A stretch of DNA of 63,912 nucleotides, filler included, from Sandaracinaceae bacterium (GCA_947483975.1; 3 parts of 3 records of this genome joined end to end with filler, not necessarily neighbours in it); one strand, 5' to 3'; counted from the first letter of the whole stretch, positions 8,138 to 17,728 are shown. A program made the numbers and translations. Notes: generated from the sequence alone by a model not told the origin.

Positions 8138-10417
8138 TTGCGAGCGCTCCTCCGCCTTCGCAGCCTGCGGGTCGCGCTCGGCGTCGGCGCGCTCGTCGGC
8201 GTCGTGCTCGCCGCGCTCCCGCTCGCGGGGTCGCTCGGTCCGGAGAGCGCGCTCGCGCTCGGCCTCGTCCTGGCGCCGCTCGCCGCGGCGTTCGGCGCCG
8301 GAGTGGTGCGCGACGCCCGCCAGCGCAAGCTCGCGCTGACGACAGCGGAGATCGCAGCGCGCGCGCTCGGCGGGGCGCTCCTGATCGTCGGCGCCCCGCT
8401 CGCGGTGCTGTTGCTCAATCTGCTGCGCATTCCGAGCTGCGCGCCTTTCGCGGGCGTCGCGTTCGAGCTCGTCGGCCCCGTCGCGGGCGTGCTCGTCTCG
8501 GCGACCCTCGGCGTGTGGAGCGCGACCCTGGTCCGCGCGCCGCGCACCTCGACGGCGCTCGCCGCGCTCGCGCCGATGGCCGAGATGGCGTTGGCCCTCT
8601 ACCGCTTCCGCGCAAGCCCAGCGATCTTCGCGTACGGACACGTCTTCGGCTGGTTCCCCGGGACGCTCTACGACGAAGGCACGGCGATCGGCGCCCCCTA
8701 CATCGCGCTCCGCCTCGCCTCGCTCGCGCTCGTGCTCGGGGCGCTCCTCTTGCGCGACGCGCTGGTCGAGCCCCCCACGCAGCGTCTCTCGCTCCGACGC
8801 GGCTGGGCCCAGCTGCCACGGCTCTGCGTCGCGCTGGGGCTCCTGGCGGGCTTCGCGAGCATCGAGTGGCACGGCGAGGCGCTCGGGCTCCGGTCGAGCG
8901 CGGCGTCGATCCGCGAACAGCTCGGCGGACGCTCCACCGCGGGGCGCTGCACGGCGATCGTGCCGCGCGAGCTGCCGCACGACGAGGCGCGGCGTCTCGC
9001 GGAGGACTGCGCGTTCCGCCTGACCCAAATGGAGCGGGTGCTCGGCGTGAAGGCGGGGCGCCCCGTCACGGCGTTCTTCTTCCGCGACGTGAACGAGAAG
9101 CGGGCGCTGATGGGCGCCGCCGACACCTATGTGGCCAAGCCGTGGCGGCGCGAGGTGTACCTGCAGCTCGGCGAGTGGCCGCATCCCGTGCTCGCGCACG
9201 AGCTTGCGCACGTCGTCGCGGGGGACGTCGCGAGCGGGCCGTTTCGCGTCGGGGGACAGCTCGGCGGGTTCCTGCCCGACGCCGGGATGATCGAGGGAGT
9301 CGCCGTCGCCATGGCTTGGGCAGACCGCGATGGGCTCACGCCCGACGAGTGGGCCCGCGCGATGCTCGCGCTCGGCATCGCGCCGACGGTCGAGGACACG
9401 CGCGGCCTCGCCTTCTTGCTCGAGCCAGCGGGGCGCGCCTACACGATCTCCGGCTCCTTCTATCACTTTCTCTTCGAGCGCTACGGCGCCGCGATCGTCC
9501 GCCGCGCGTACCGCACGGGCGATCTGGCCGCCGCGGCGGGCAAGCCCGTCCCGGAGCTCGCGCGCGAGTGGCGCGCGTACGTGGAGACGGTGCCGCTGCC
9601 CGAGGATGCGCTCGCGCTCGCCCGCGTGAGGTTCGCGCGCGGCGGGATCTTCGCGCGCCCGTGCCCGCATCGCGTCGCGCAGCTCCGGCAGCAGCTCGCT
9701 GGCGATCTAGCGGCGAGCGACGCGCCGCGGACCGCGAGCACCTGCCGGGAGGTCCTCGCGATCGACCCAGCCGACACGAGCACCCGCGCCGTGCTCGCGG
9801 AGGCGCTCACGCAGCTCGGGAAGCACGCCGAGGCCGACCGTGAGCTCGAGGCGCTCGCGCAGCGCTGGGACGCACCCACGCCGGTCCTGAGCGCCGCGCG
9901 CGAGGCGATCGCCGACGCCGAGTGGCGCCGGGGAGACGTCGCGGGCGCGCTGCGCCGGCTGAGCGCGCTCGAGGCTGAGCCGCGCACCGACGACGCCCAG
10001 CGCGTCTTCGAGGTGAAGCTGCTCGCGCTGCGCGCCGGAGGTCGACAGGCGGAGCTGCTCGGTCAGCTCCTCGCGGGCGAAATGGCGCCGGACGGCGCCT
10101 ACGCCGTTCACCAGGCGCGCGAGCTCGGCGAGGTCCGCAGCGACGGCCTCGCCCCCTACCTCGAGGCGCGGCAGCTCGTGAACTACCGCCGTCACGCGGA
10201 CGCCGTGCCGCTGCTCCGCGCGGCCCTCCGCCGTGGGCTGCCCACGCCGCTCCTCACGAAAGAGGCCCGCCGCTTACTTGCGACGAGCCTCTGGGCGAGC
10301 GGGGAGCGTGTCGAGAGTGTCCGGCTCTGGAGCGCCGTCAGCGCAGGCCCCGCGGCCAGCCAGTCAGAGCGACTCGAGGCGCGCGACTGGTTGGCGCGCG
10401 CCCGACTCGCTCCCTGA
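8138..10417 (+). CDS. Polytopic membrane protein with a gluzincin-like HExxH peptidase domain and TPR-like C-terminus
   Basis: About 7 hydrophobic segments, then LAHELAHV...GMIEGVA, then helical repeats. TTG start 3 bp after the lon stop. Confidence 0.7.
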   Translation: MRALLRLRSLRVALGVGALVGVVLAALPLAGSLGPESALALGLVLAPLAAAFGAGVVRDARQRKLALTTAEIAARALGGALLIVGAPLAVLLLNLLRIPSCAPFAGVAFELVGPVAGVLVSATLGVWSATLVRAPRTSTALAALAPMAEMALALYRFRASPAIFAYGHVFGWFPGTLYDEGTAIGAPYIALRLASLALVLGALLLRDALVEPPTQRLSLRRGWAQLPRLCVALGLLAGFASIEWHGEALGLRSSAASIREQLGGRSTAGRCTAIVPRELPHDEARRLAEDCAFRLTQMERVLGVKAGRPVTAFFFRDVNEKRALMGAADTYVAKPWRREVYLQLGEWPHPVLAHELAHVVAGDVASGPFRVGGQLGGFLPDAGMIEGVAVAMAWADRDGLTPDEWARAMLALGIAPTVEDTRGLAFLLEPAGRAYTISGSFYHFLFERYGAAIVRRAYRTGDLAAAAGKPVPELAREWRAYVETVPLPEDALALARVRFARGGIFARPCPHRVAQLRQQLAGDLAASDAPRTASTCREVLAIDPADTSTRAVLAEALTQLGKHAEADRELEALAQRWDAPTPVLSAAREAIADAEWRRGDVAGALRRLSALEAEPRTDDAQRVFEVKLLALRAGGRQAELLGQLLAGEMAPDGAYAVHQARELGEVRSDGLAPYLEARQLVNYRRHADAVPLLRAALRRGLPTPLLTKEARRLLATSLWASGERVESVRLWSAVSAGPAASQSERLEARDWLARARLAP

Positions 10418-10424
10418 GCGGAGC

Positions 10425-11027
10425 TCAGTGGTTGGCGACCGAGCCGCCGATGCCGGCGCTGTGGCTCTGGCCGGTCTGGATGACCACGAAACGCACGTTC
10501 TTGAACTCCGCCTGACCGCAGGTGTAGACGACCTCGATCAGCGTGCGGTAGGGAGTGTGTCGGTCCGCGATGATCTGCACCTGCCCGGTGAAGGGGCGCT
10601 GCGGATTGCGCGAGGCGATCAGCTTCAGCAGCTCCTTCTTGGCCTGCATCGGCTCGATCAGCGGGTTGATGAGGAAGGCGTTCGCGCCGCCGTTCTTCTG
10701 GCTCGGGTCGACGAGCCCGTTGCGCAGTGAGAGCGCGCGCGTGCCGTCCACGAGGATGTCGTTCGCGGAGATCGTGACGACGACGGCGGGCTCCGCCGTG
10801 CGCTCCGACGTCGACGTCGGGATCTGAAGCTCTGCGCTCTGCGTGATGTTCGCGGAGGTCGTCGCAAATTGCTGGATCAAGAAGACGAGCAGGATCGTCA
10901 TCATGTCCATCATCGCGTAGATGTTGAGCTCTTGATGCTCGTGCTCGGGCATGCGGCGAATGCGCTTGCGGATGATCCGCTTCACGTCGCTCGTACGCGC
11001 CATCTCGGGATTGTTCGGATCGCTCAT
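10425..11027 (-). CDS. aglS: ExbD/TolR-family protein, AglS-like
   Basis: ELNIYAMMDMMTILLVFLI membrane segment with the conserved Asp; IIADRHTPY. Third gene of a TolQ-R-R operon. Orthology recalled from motif, not tested. Confidence 0.75.
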   Translation of the reverse strand: MSDPNNPEMARTSDVKRIIRKRIRRMPEHEHQELNIYAMMDMMTILLVFLIQQFATTSANITQSAELQIPTSTSERTAEPAVVVTISANDILVDGTRALSLRNGLVDPSQKNGGANAFLINPLIEPMQAKKELLKLIASRNPQRPFTGQVQIIADRHTPYRTLIEVVYTCGQAEFKNVRFVVIQTGQSHSAGIGGSVANH

Positions 11028-11052
11028 CGCTGTCTCCGTCGTCCCACTCCGC

Positions 11053-11610
11053 TCAGCGCACGCCTGCGGAGAGCATCACGTTCGGGAAGAGCTCGGTCGT
11101 GCCCTGGCCGCGCAGCGCGTCCATCGCATGGACCATGTTCTCGTACTCGATCGTCGGATCCGCTCCGACGATCACCTGAGTCTCATCGGCGAACTGCGGC
11201 TCAGCCTTGACGCGCGCCACGCACGCGGTGAGCGCGGCCCAGTCGTAGCCCGTCGCGGTCTTGGGGACCGTGATCACGCGGCCGCTCGCGGTGTTCGCGC
11301 AACCCGGCGCGAGCTTGCCGCCCGACCCGGCGACGACGATGCCCTCGGGGGTCACCGTCACGCTCAGGTTGAGCGCGCTGCCCTCGGTCTGCGCCCCGCG
11401 CCCTCGACCAAGCTGCGGAAGCTGCGCCTCGATCTCGGCGATCGCGAGGACCGCCTGCGTCGTGGCGAGCAGGAACATGATGATGTTCATGACGATGTCG
11501 AGGAACGGGACGATGTTGAGCTCGCCCGCGGCCTCCGACGGATCGAGGTCGTGTACGGTCGTCTTCTTCCGTATGTACGACCGCTGCGAACCGGTCAGCT
11601 TGCGCGCCAT
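11053..11610 (-). CDS. aglQ: ExbD/TolR-family protein, AglQ-like
   Basis: GELNIVPFLDIVMNIIMFLL, ADPTIEYENMVHAMDALR, LFPNV. GGAGG ribosome site before ATG 11610. Orthology not tested. Confidence 0.75.
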   Translation of the reverse strand: MARKLTGSQRSYIRKKTTVHDLDPSEAAGELNIVPFLDIVMNIIMFLLATTQAVLAIAEIEAQLPQLGRGRGAQTEGSALNLSVTVTPEGIVVAGSGGKLAPGCANTASGRVITVPKTATGYDWAALTACVARVKAEPQFADETQVIVGADPTIEYENMVHAMDALRGQGTTELFPNVMLSAGVR

Positions 11611-11710
11611 GGGACCTCCGACCGCTGCACCCCGCGATTGTTCCACCCGGCGCCGAGCACGCAGACGTTCTGCGCAGCCCGACGCTGTAGCTCGCCGCGG
11701 GGAGCGGCGA

Positions 11711-12340
11711 TCACTCGGGGCGGCCCTTGAGGGTCAGCAGGTTCTCGAGCTTCATGACCGACTTCTCGAGCTCGGACTTGTGCTTCTTCGCCATGCCGTG
11801 AAGGATCAGGTGGAAGAACATGCACGTCACGGCGATGCCGAGACCGAGCGCCGTGTTCCACATGGCTTCCGAGATGCCCTTCGAGAGCAGCGCCGACTTC
11901 TGGTCGGGCGACGCGAAGGCGACGGCGGCGAACGACTTGATCAGACCGGAGATCGTTCCGAGCAGACCGATGAGGGTCGCGATGTTCGCGAGCGACCACA
12001 GCGAGCCGATGCGCTTCTCGAGCTCGGGGAGCACCTCGGCGAGGCGCTCCTCCATCGAGGCGATCACAGCGTCTTCACCGCGGTTCACCTGCGTGAGACC
12101 CGCCTTGACGACCTGCAAAAGCGGCAGCGGGGCCGCCTCGCAGAGCTTGATCGCGCGGTCGATGTTGCCGGCCTGAACGAGCTTGCGCACCTGCGCCATG
12201 AACTCGGGCGCGTTCACTCGATAGCGGGTCAGGATGAAGACGAACCGCTCGACGACGATACCCAACACGAACGCGAGCACGGCGACGTTGATGAAAGAGA
12301 ACGGTGCGCCGTCCGAAAGAGCTTTCCAGATAGTGTCCAT
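11711..12340 (-). CDS. aglR: MotA/TolQ/ExbB proton-channel protein, AglR-like
   Basis: ANIATLIGLLGTISGLIKSF, GISEAMWNTALGL, GNIDRAIKLC. Start MDTIWK at 12340. Orthology not tested. Confidence 0.8.
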   Translation of the reverse strand: MDTIWKALSDGAPFSFINVAVLAFVLGIVVERFVFILTRYRVNAPEFMAQVRKLVQAGNIDRAIKLCEAAPLPLLQVVKAGLTQVNRGEDAVIASMEERLAEVLPELEKRIGSLWSLANIATLIGLLGTISGLIKSFAAVAFASPDQKSALLSKGISEAMWNTALGLGIAVTCMFFHLILHGMAKKHKSELEKSVMKLENLLTLKGRPE

Positions 12341-12377
12341 CGCCGAGATCCTTTCGATCGTCCTCTCGTGTGACCGT

Positions 12378-12448
12378 GAGCCCTGCCCAGCATTTTGCTG
12401 GTCTGCGTCCGCGAGCCCTGCCCAGCAGCTTTTGCTGGCCTGCGTCCG
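12378..12448. repeat. Two tandem ~35-bp direct repeats, each containing a hairpin, in the leader of the aglR-like gene
   Basis: GAGCCCTGCCCAGCA-TTT-TGCTGGTCTGCGTCCG (12378) and GAGCCCTGCCCAGCA-GCTTT-TGCTGGCCTGCGTCCG (12413); stem CCAGCA/TGCTGG. Confidence 0.85.
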
Positions 12449-13033
12449 TGGAGTCGGGGCGACACGGATAGCACACACCGAATACGCCCTTCGCGGCTCT
12501 TGTAGAGCAGCTACCCGGCGTGTCCCCCGCCACCGCAAACAGTAGACCATGCCCGACGGGCTGGCGGGAAACGAACGGGACGCTATCCCAGCGCTCCGCG
12601 CGTTGTCAACGGACGAATGCGAGTAGATCGATCATCCGCCCCGCCGGGAACTCGGAGCCGTCCACGGCGTCTGAAGGTCTTGCCGACGCGAGCGGGGTCG
12701 GAGGTGGCCTGGCGGAGGTCAGCGGAGGTCGGCGGATGGGCCCCCGAGGACCGCGCCGCGCGGGTCGTCGAGCGCACGAGCGCAGATCGATGTTGACACC
12801 CCGGGTGACCTGGGTAGGATGGCTCCGCTTCGAGCGGCCGCCAATTGCGAGCAATCACGATCGATTTCAAGCAGTTCGCTGGGTCCAGACGGAATAACGG
12901 TTCTCTGGGCTCGGATTAGGCAGCAGTTCGATAGTCGGCGGTCCGCCAAGAGCGGTCGTCGCTAGTGATAACGGGAGCTTCGTGGGGGTCGCCGGTGACT
13001 CGCCACGCGGTATCGCGAGGAGGATGGAGATCG

Positions 13034-13684
13034 ATGTCGACGATTTTCAAGCATTTCGAAGAGGGTGGCTTTGGTATGTACCCCATCCTGTTCTGGCAGG
13101 TCATCGCGATCGGTGTGATCATCGAGCGCTCGATCTATCTCTACAAGTCGTCGATCAACAAGGACGTCTTCCTCGCGACCATGCAGAAGTGCATCCTCGC
13201 GGGTGACGTCGGCCGCGCGATCAAGCTCTGCTCGGCGGCGAATGCGCCCCTCGCGCGGATCGTCAAGGCGGGCCTGATGCGCGTCAACCGCCCGGACAAC
13301 GAAGTCCAGGCGGCCATGGACGAGTCCGCGCTCCGCGAGCTCCCCAAGATCGAGCACCGCACGGGCTACCTCGCCCTCCTCGCCAACCTCGCGATGCTCT
13401 CGGGCCTGTTCGGCACCGTGACGGGCCTCATCGGCGCGTTCGGCGCGGTCGCGAACGCGGACGCCGCGTCCAAGGCGACCATGCTCGCGAAGGGCATCTC
13501 GGAGGCCATGAACTGCACGGCCTTCGGTCTCCTCGCCGCGATCATCGCGCTCATCGGCTTCGCGCTGCTCAACGGCAAGACGCAGGGCCTCGTCGACGAC
13601 ATCAACGGCGCGACCGTCGAAGTGATGAACCTCGTCGTCAACAACCGCTCGAAGGTCAACGTCTCCGGCCTCCAGCAGGGCTGA
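13034..13684 (+). CDS. MotA/TolQ/ExbB proton-channel protein (second paralog)
   Basis: GGFGMYPI, ANLAMLSGLFGTVTGLIGAF, GISEAMNCTAFGL. GGAG ribosome site before ATG 13034. Confidence 0.92.
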   Translation: MSTIFKHFEEGGFGMYPILFWQVIAIGVIIERSIYLYKSSINKDVFLATMQKCILAGDVGRAIKLCSAANAPLARIVKAGLMRVNRPDNEVQAAMDESALRELPKIEHRTGYLALLANLAMLSGLFGTVTGLIGAFGAVANADAASKATMLAKGISEAMNCTAFGLLAAIIALIGFALLNGKTQGLVDDINGATVEVMNLVVNNRSKVNVSGLQQG

Positions 13685-13835
13685 GCGAACCCTACCCGCC
13701 CGGAGGTCGTGAGACCGCGGGCGGGTGGATGGTTCCTCGCTTCGCTCGGTAGGCTCGAGTTTCGGTCAGCAGTCGCAGTCTTTCGCTCAGTGTTCCCGGA
13801 CCGCGCGGGCGGTCGCAAGATAGGAGTGCGTCAGC

Positions 13836-14309
13836 ATGGGTGGCATCAGCGTCGGCGGTCACGGCGGGAAGAAGTCTCTCGACTCGGAGATTCCGCTCGT
13901 CCCTTTCATCGACCTTCTCCTCTGCTGCGTCATGTTCCTGCTCGTCACGGCGGTGTGGAACCAGTTGGCGCGCCTCAACGCGAACCAGCAGTCCCCCGGT
14001 CAACCGAACGTCGATACCCCGCCGCCTCAGACCCCGCAGATCAAGCTGATCCTGCAGGTGACGAGCACGGGCTTCGTCCTCGCGTCGACGGCGGGCGATC
14101 GCACGGAGATCCCGAAGGCGGGCACGACGTTCGATCTCGAGGAGCTCCGCAACAAGCTGCAGGAGCGTCATCGCATGGAGCCGAACCGCCGCGACATCAC
14201 CGTCGCCCCGGAAGACGGCGTGCAGTACAAGGACGTGATCGCCGCGATGGATATCGTCGTCGGCGAGGGCTACCCGGACATGAACCTCTCGGACGGCGCC
14301 AGCATGTGA
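13836..14309 (+). CDS. ExbD/TolR-family protein
   Basis: IPLVPFIDLLLCCVMFLLVTA, PEDGVQYKDVIAAMD; AGGAG ribosome site. Confidence 0.92.
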   Translation: MGGISVGGHGGKKSLDSEIPLVPFIDLLLCCVMFLLVTAVWNQLARLNANQQSPGQPNVDTPPPQTPQIKLILQVTSTGFVLASTAGDRTEIPKAGTTFDLEELRNKLQERHRMEPNRRDITVAPEDGVQYKDVIAAMDIVVGEGYPDMNLSDGASM

Positions 14310-14377
14310 TGGACGCGCTCGCGTCCTCGCTTCGCCTCGATTTCTGCTGACCTGTCGACAGCCTCTAGGAGCCACCA

Positions 14378-14917
14378 GTGCCCATCGGTAAACCCGGCAA
14401 AGTTCTGCTCACGCGCGTCCCGCTCAAGTTCGTCGCGAAGCGCGTCGGCGGCGCGAACCACAAGTCCCTGGACGCGTCGATCCCGCTCGTCCCCTTCATC
14501 GACTTCCTGATCACGCTCGTCGTCTTCCTCCTGACGTCGTTCAGCGCGTCCGGTGAGCTGCTCGCGCAGCAGGCGAACCTCAAAATGCCCGACGCGCACA
14601 ACGTCGTGGACCTCGAGATCGCGCCGATCATCGCGATCAACCCGCAGGTGATGACGCTCGACGGTCGCCGCATGGGCGACACGAACAGCCTCGCCGCGAA
14701 CCCGCAGCTCGAGCGCATCGAGCAGCTCGTGCAGGACCTCGAGACGCTCAAGCGCAACTGGGCGATCCTCCACCCGTCCCAGCCCTTCCCGGCGACCGTC
14801 GTGATCCAGGCGGACCAGGCGATCGACTTCCGCGTGATCAAGAAGGCGATGTTCTCGGCGGCGCAAGCCGGTTACTCGAACATCAGCTTCGCGGTCAATC
14901 GGCGCGGCGGCAGCTGA
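14378..14917 (+). CDS. ExbD/TolR-family protein
   Basis: IPLVPFIDFLITLVVFLL, IQADQAIDFRVIKKAM...AGYSNISFAV; AGGAG before GTG. Confidence 0.92.
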   Translation: MPIGKPGKVLLTRVPLKFVAKRVGGANHKSLDASIPLVPFIDFLITLVVFLLTSFSASGELLAQQANLKMPDAHNVVDLEIAPIIAINPQVMTLDGRRMGDTNSLAANPQLERIEQLVQDLETLKRNWAILHPSQPFPATVVIQADQAIDFRVIKKAMFSAAQAGYSNISFAVNRRGGS

Positions 14918-14967
14918 GTCGGTCGGAAGGGCCGTCCGCGAAAGCGACCCGAAAAGGTCGTGTCGAG

Positions 14968-15002
14968 AGAAAGCCCTGCGGGAACGCGGGGCTTTTTCTT
15001 TT
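14968..15002 (+). terminator. Rho-independent terminator
   Basis: AAAGCCCTGCG-GGAA-CGCGGGGCTTT stem followed by TTCTTTT, downstream of the ExbB/ExbD operon. Confidence 0.8.
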
Positions 15003-15026
15003 GTCTGCTTCACAATGCGGCCGACC

Positions 15027-16139
15027 ATGAGCGACCTCGACCCAAGCGACGACACGAGCGAGCGCAGCGACTCCGGCGAGACGCCTCCGAGCGAGGGGGC
15101 AGCGCCTGAGGGCGCTCCGCTCGAGGCCGCGGCGTCGGAGGCCGCGCAAGTGGAGAGCGGCAAGCTCGAGCCCGCGCGTCCGCACACCGACGACGAGGAG
15201 CGCGAGTTCGCCCACCGTCTGCCGTGGAAGTGGCTCGTGAGCGTGGCGCTCCTGATCACGCTGGTGGTGGGCGGCTACCGCTACAAGCAGAGCGTCGAAG
15301 CAGACGCGCTGCGGGCTCAGATCCTGCGCGTGAACAGCGGGGAGCTCGCGCAGATCGGCGGGCGCTTCACGACGTTCCTGACGAAGCTCGAGGGGCTCGT
15401 GACGACCGAGGCGCGGCGCAGTGAGCCCGAGCGCTTCGTCGATCCGCGGCTGCGGCTGTCGTCGCTCGGGCGCGGACAAGGGCTCTACCTGCGGGTGAGG
15501 GCCGCGGACGCGACCGACCCAGACAAGCTCGCGCGGGCTGCCCTGGGGATGGAGGGCGACGCGATCACGCGCTGCCTCGGGATCGCGCCGGCGTCGGCGC
15601 GCAGCCTGTACGCGCTGAAGGGCTTTCTGGGGCCGGACCTCGTCGAGCGGGCGAACGCGACGACCGATGTGATGGGGCTGCGCGTGATCGACGATGAGCT
15701 TCGGCGCCGGATGGTGCGCGATCTGCCGCCGGTCTCGAACCTGCTGCAGAGCGACTGGTTCCTGCTCGTGCTGCAGCGTGGGGACACGCGGCGCGATCAT
15801 CCGGTCGACGTGTACCTCTGGGATCTGCACACGAACCAGCGGTTGCTCTCCGTGCGCACGCAGCCCAACGGGATGCTCGTGCCGGTGCGCATCGAGCTGC
15901 CCGGGGTCGCGGCAGGCCCTCGGCTGCCGCAGAACCTGCGCTCGGGAGGCGCGACCGACTGCTCGATCGCGGCGCAGGTGAAGGAGCTGACCGGCGAGCC
16001 GGTGACGACCTTCGGCGCGAGCGTGGGGGCGTTTGCCCCGGCAGAGCCCGCCGACGGTGGCGTCGGTGACGGCGAAGCGCCGCACACCGCGGGGGATGCG
16101 GCGGCGAGCGAGGCGGCGGACGCAGGAGGAGCGCGATGA
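15027..16139 (+). CDS. Hypothetical single-pass membrane protein
   Basis: Acidic low-complexity N-terminus, one membrane segment (WKWLVSVALLITLVVGGY), GC3-rich codons. Confidence 0.75.
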   Translation: MSDLDPSDDTSERSDSGETPPSEGAAPEGAPLEAAASEAAQVESGKLEPARPHTDDEEREFAHRLPWKWLVSVALLITLVVGGYRYKQSVEADALRAQILRVNSGELAQIGGRFTTFLTKLEGLVTTEARRSEPERFVDPRLRLSSLGRGQGLYLRVRAADATDPDKLARAALGMEGDAITRCLGIAPASARSLYALKGFLGPDLVERANATTDVMGLRVIDDELRRRMVRDLPPVSNLLQSDWFLLVLQRGDTRRDHPVDVYLWDLHTNQRLLSVRTQPNGMLVPVRIELPGVAAGPRLPQNLRSGGATDCSIAAQVKELTGEPVTTFGASVGAFAPAEPADGGVGDGEAPHTAGDAAASEAADAGGAR

Positions 16140-16723
16140 CGCTGGAGACGATGCTGGCGGGCGCGCAGCCCGATATGCGAGCGATCTCGACGTACCTCGA
16201 CGGGCTCGCGTCGAGCGCGCGCATCGCCGAGACGCAGGGGCTCTCGGCGCGGGCTCAGGCGAAGCTCTTCGAGGCGGCGCGCGGCTTTCGAGCGATTGGG
16301 CTCGCGGACCTCGTGCCGGAGGACGCGCCGCCGCTGAGCGAGGTGCCGCACTTCGGGCGCAATTCGCTGCTCGCGTTCACGCGCTTCGCCAAGGTGTTCT
16401 GTCGGCCGGACGGGGACGTGAAGGGCGAGCTCTGGGGCTACAACCGCAACCCGCTCGCGCTGATCGAGACCGTCGTCGGGCCGGGCTACTACGTCGCGTA
16501 TCCGCACACGACGGCGGGCGAGGTGCTGGTCGACTACCTGCGCACGCCGCCCCGCAAGCCCGCGCACTGGCCGGCGATCCTGCCGAACTCCGCGCGCCTC
16601 TCGCGCGTGGTCTACAACGGCACGCAGGACGTGCTCCGCGGGGTGTCGGCGCACGTCACGATCGGGCGTGCGATGCGCGCCGGCAAGGACATGGACAACT
16701 GGTTCGTGCTCTGTCGCGCCTGA
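16136..16723 (+). CDS. Hypothetical protein
   Basis: ATGA overlap with the previous gene, GGAG ribosome site, globular aromatic-rich composition. Confidence 0.8.
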   Translation: MTLETMLAGAQPDMRAISTYLDGLASSARIAETQGLSARAQAKLFEAARGFRAIGLADLVPEDAPPLSEVPHFGRNSLLAFTRFAKVFCRPDGDVKGELWGYNRNPLALIETVVGPGYYVAYPHTTAGEVLVDYLRTPPRKPAHWPAILPNSARLSRVVYNGTQDVLRGVSAHVTIGRAMRAGKDMDNWFVLCRA

Positions 16724-16781
16724 CGCCTGCGGCCGGACGTTGGCGCCGGGTGCCAATCCAGGTCAAACCAGAGCGGCAGCC

Positions 16782-17270
16782 GTGAAGAAAGTCCTCAAGG
16801 AGACGCTGCGAGTGCTTGCGCTGGGGTGTGCGCTCGGCGTTGCGCACGGCGTCATGCGCGGCTGGCCGGAGCTGCCCGTGCAGGCAGCGGCGGCGGCAAC
16901 GAGCTGTGGCAGCCCGATCGCCGCTCAGCCGCGCGTCGCGTGGATCCGCTGCGCGGCGGCGCGCCCGCTGACGAGCGACGCGAGCGTCACCTTCGTCGAC
17001 GCCCGCTCCCGCGACGAGTTCCTCGCGGGGCACGTCACCGACGCGCTCTCGGCGCCCATCGAGGAGACCGGCGTCGTCGGCCCGGCCGTCGTGGAGGCGC
17101 TGCGCGGCGCGCGGGTCGTCATCGCGTACTGCGACACCACGAGCGGCTGTGCGCGTTCGACGCGGCTCGCGGGGCTGCTCGCGGGCGCGGGGCTACGCGA
17201 CGTGCGCGTGCTCGAGGGCGGGATGCCCGCGTGGCTCGAGAACGGCTACCCGGCGGAGGCTGGCCCATGA
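16782..17270 (+). CDS. Membrane-anchored rhodanese-like domain protein
   Basis: FVDARSRDEFLAGHVTDA, IAYCDTTSGCARS, VLEGGMPAW; GTG start at 16782. Confidence 0.85.
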   Translation: MKKVLKETLRVLALGCALGVAHGVMRGWPELPVQAAAAATSCGSPIAAQPRVAWIRCAAARPLTSDASVTFVDARSRDEFLAGHVTDALSAPIEETGVVGPAVVEALRGARVVIAYCDTTSGCARSTRLAGLLAGAGLRDVRVLEGGMPAWLENGYPAEAGP

Positions 17271-17728
17271 CCCAGTGGCTCGAGACACGGAACGGGCGGC
17301 TGCTCGTGGTGCTCGCGCGCTTCGTCGTGGGCGGCGTGTTCATCTTCGCCGCCGTGCCGAAGATCGCCGACCCGCACGCGTTCGCGGTCGCCGTCAGCAA
17401 CTACCATCTGGTCCCGGACCTCGTCTCGCGCGTCACTGGCGCTGTGCTGCCACCGCTCGAGCTGCTGATGGGCGTGGCGCTCGTCACGGGCGTGCAGGCG
17501 CGCGGCGCCGCCGTCGTCTCCGTGGGGCTGCTGGTCTTCTTCGCGGTCGCGCTGACGCGCGCGATGCTGCTCGACATCAACGTCGACTGCGGCTGCTTCG
17601 GCTCTGCGGCGAGGGCGAAGATCGGCTGGGACAGCGTGGCACGCAACACCGTGCTCTCAGGGCTCGGCGCCCTCGTCGTCCGCTCGCCCGACGTAAGCCT
17701 GCGCGGGCTCTTCAAGCCGAAGACCTAG
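17267..17728 (+). CDS. MauE/DoxX-family membrane protein
   Basis: RFVVGGVFIFAAVPKIADP, LPPLEL, DCGCFG, ARN; ATGA overlap with the rhodanese gene. Confidence 0.9.
   Translation: MTQWLETRNGRLLVVLARFVVGGVFIFAAVPKIADPHAFAVAVSNYHLVPDLVSRVTGAVLPPLELLMGVALVTGVQARGAAVVSVGLLVFFAVALTRAMLLDINVDCGCFGSAARAKIGWDSVARNTVLSGLGALVVRSPDVSLRGLFKPKT

Noticed and set aside
6658..9843. 1061-aa plus-strand ORF overlapping lon
   Set aside because: Off-frame Arg/Gly/Pro-rich read-through typical of high-GC DNA.
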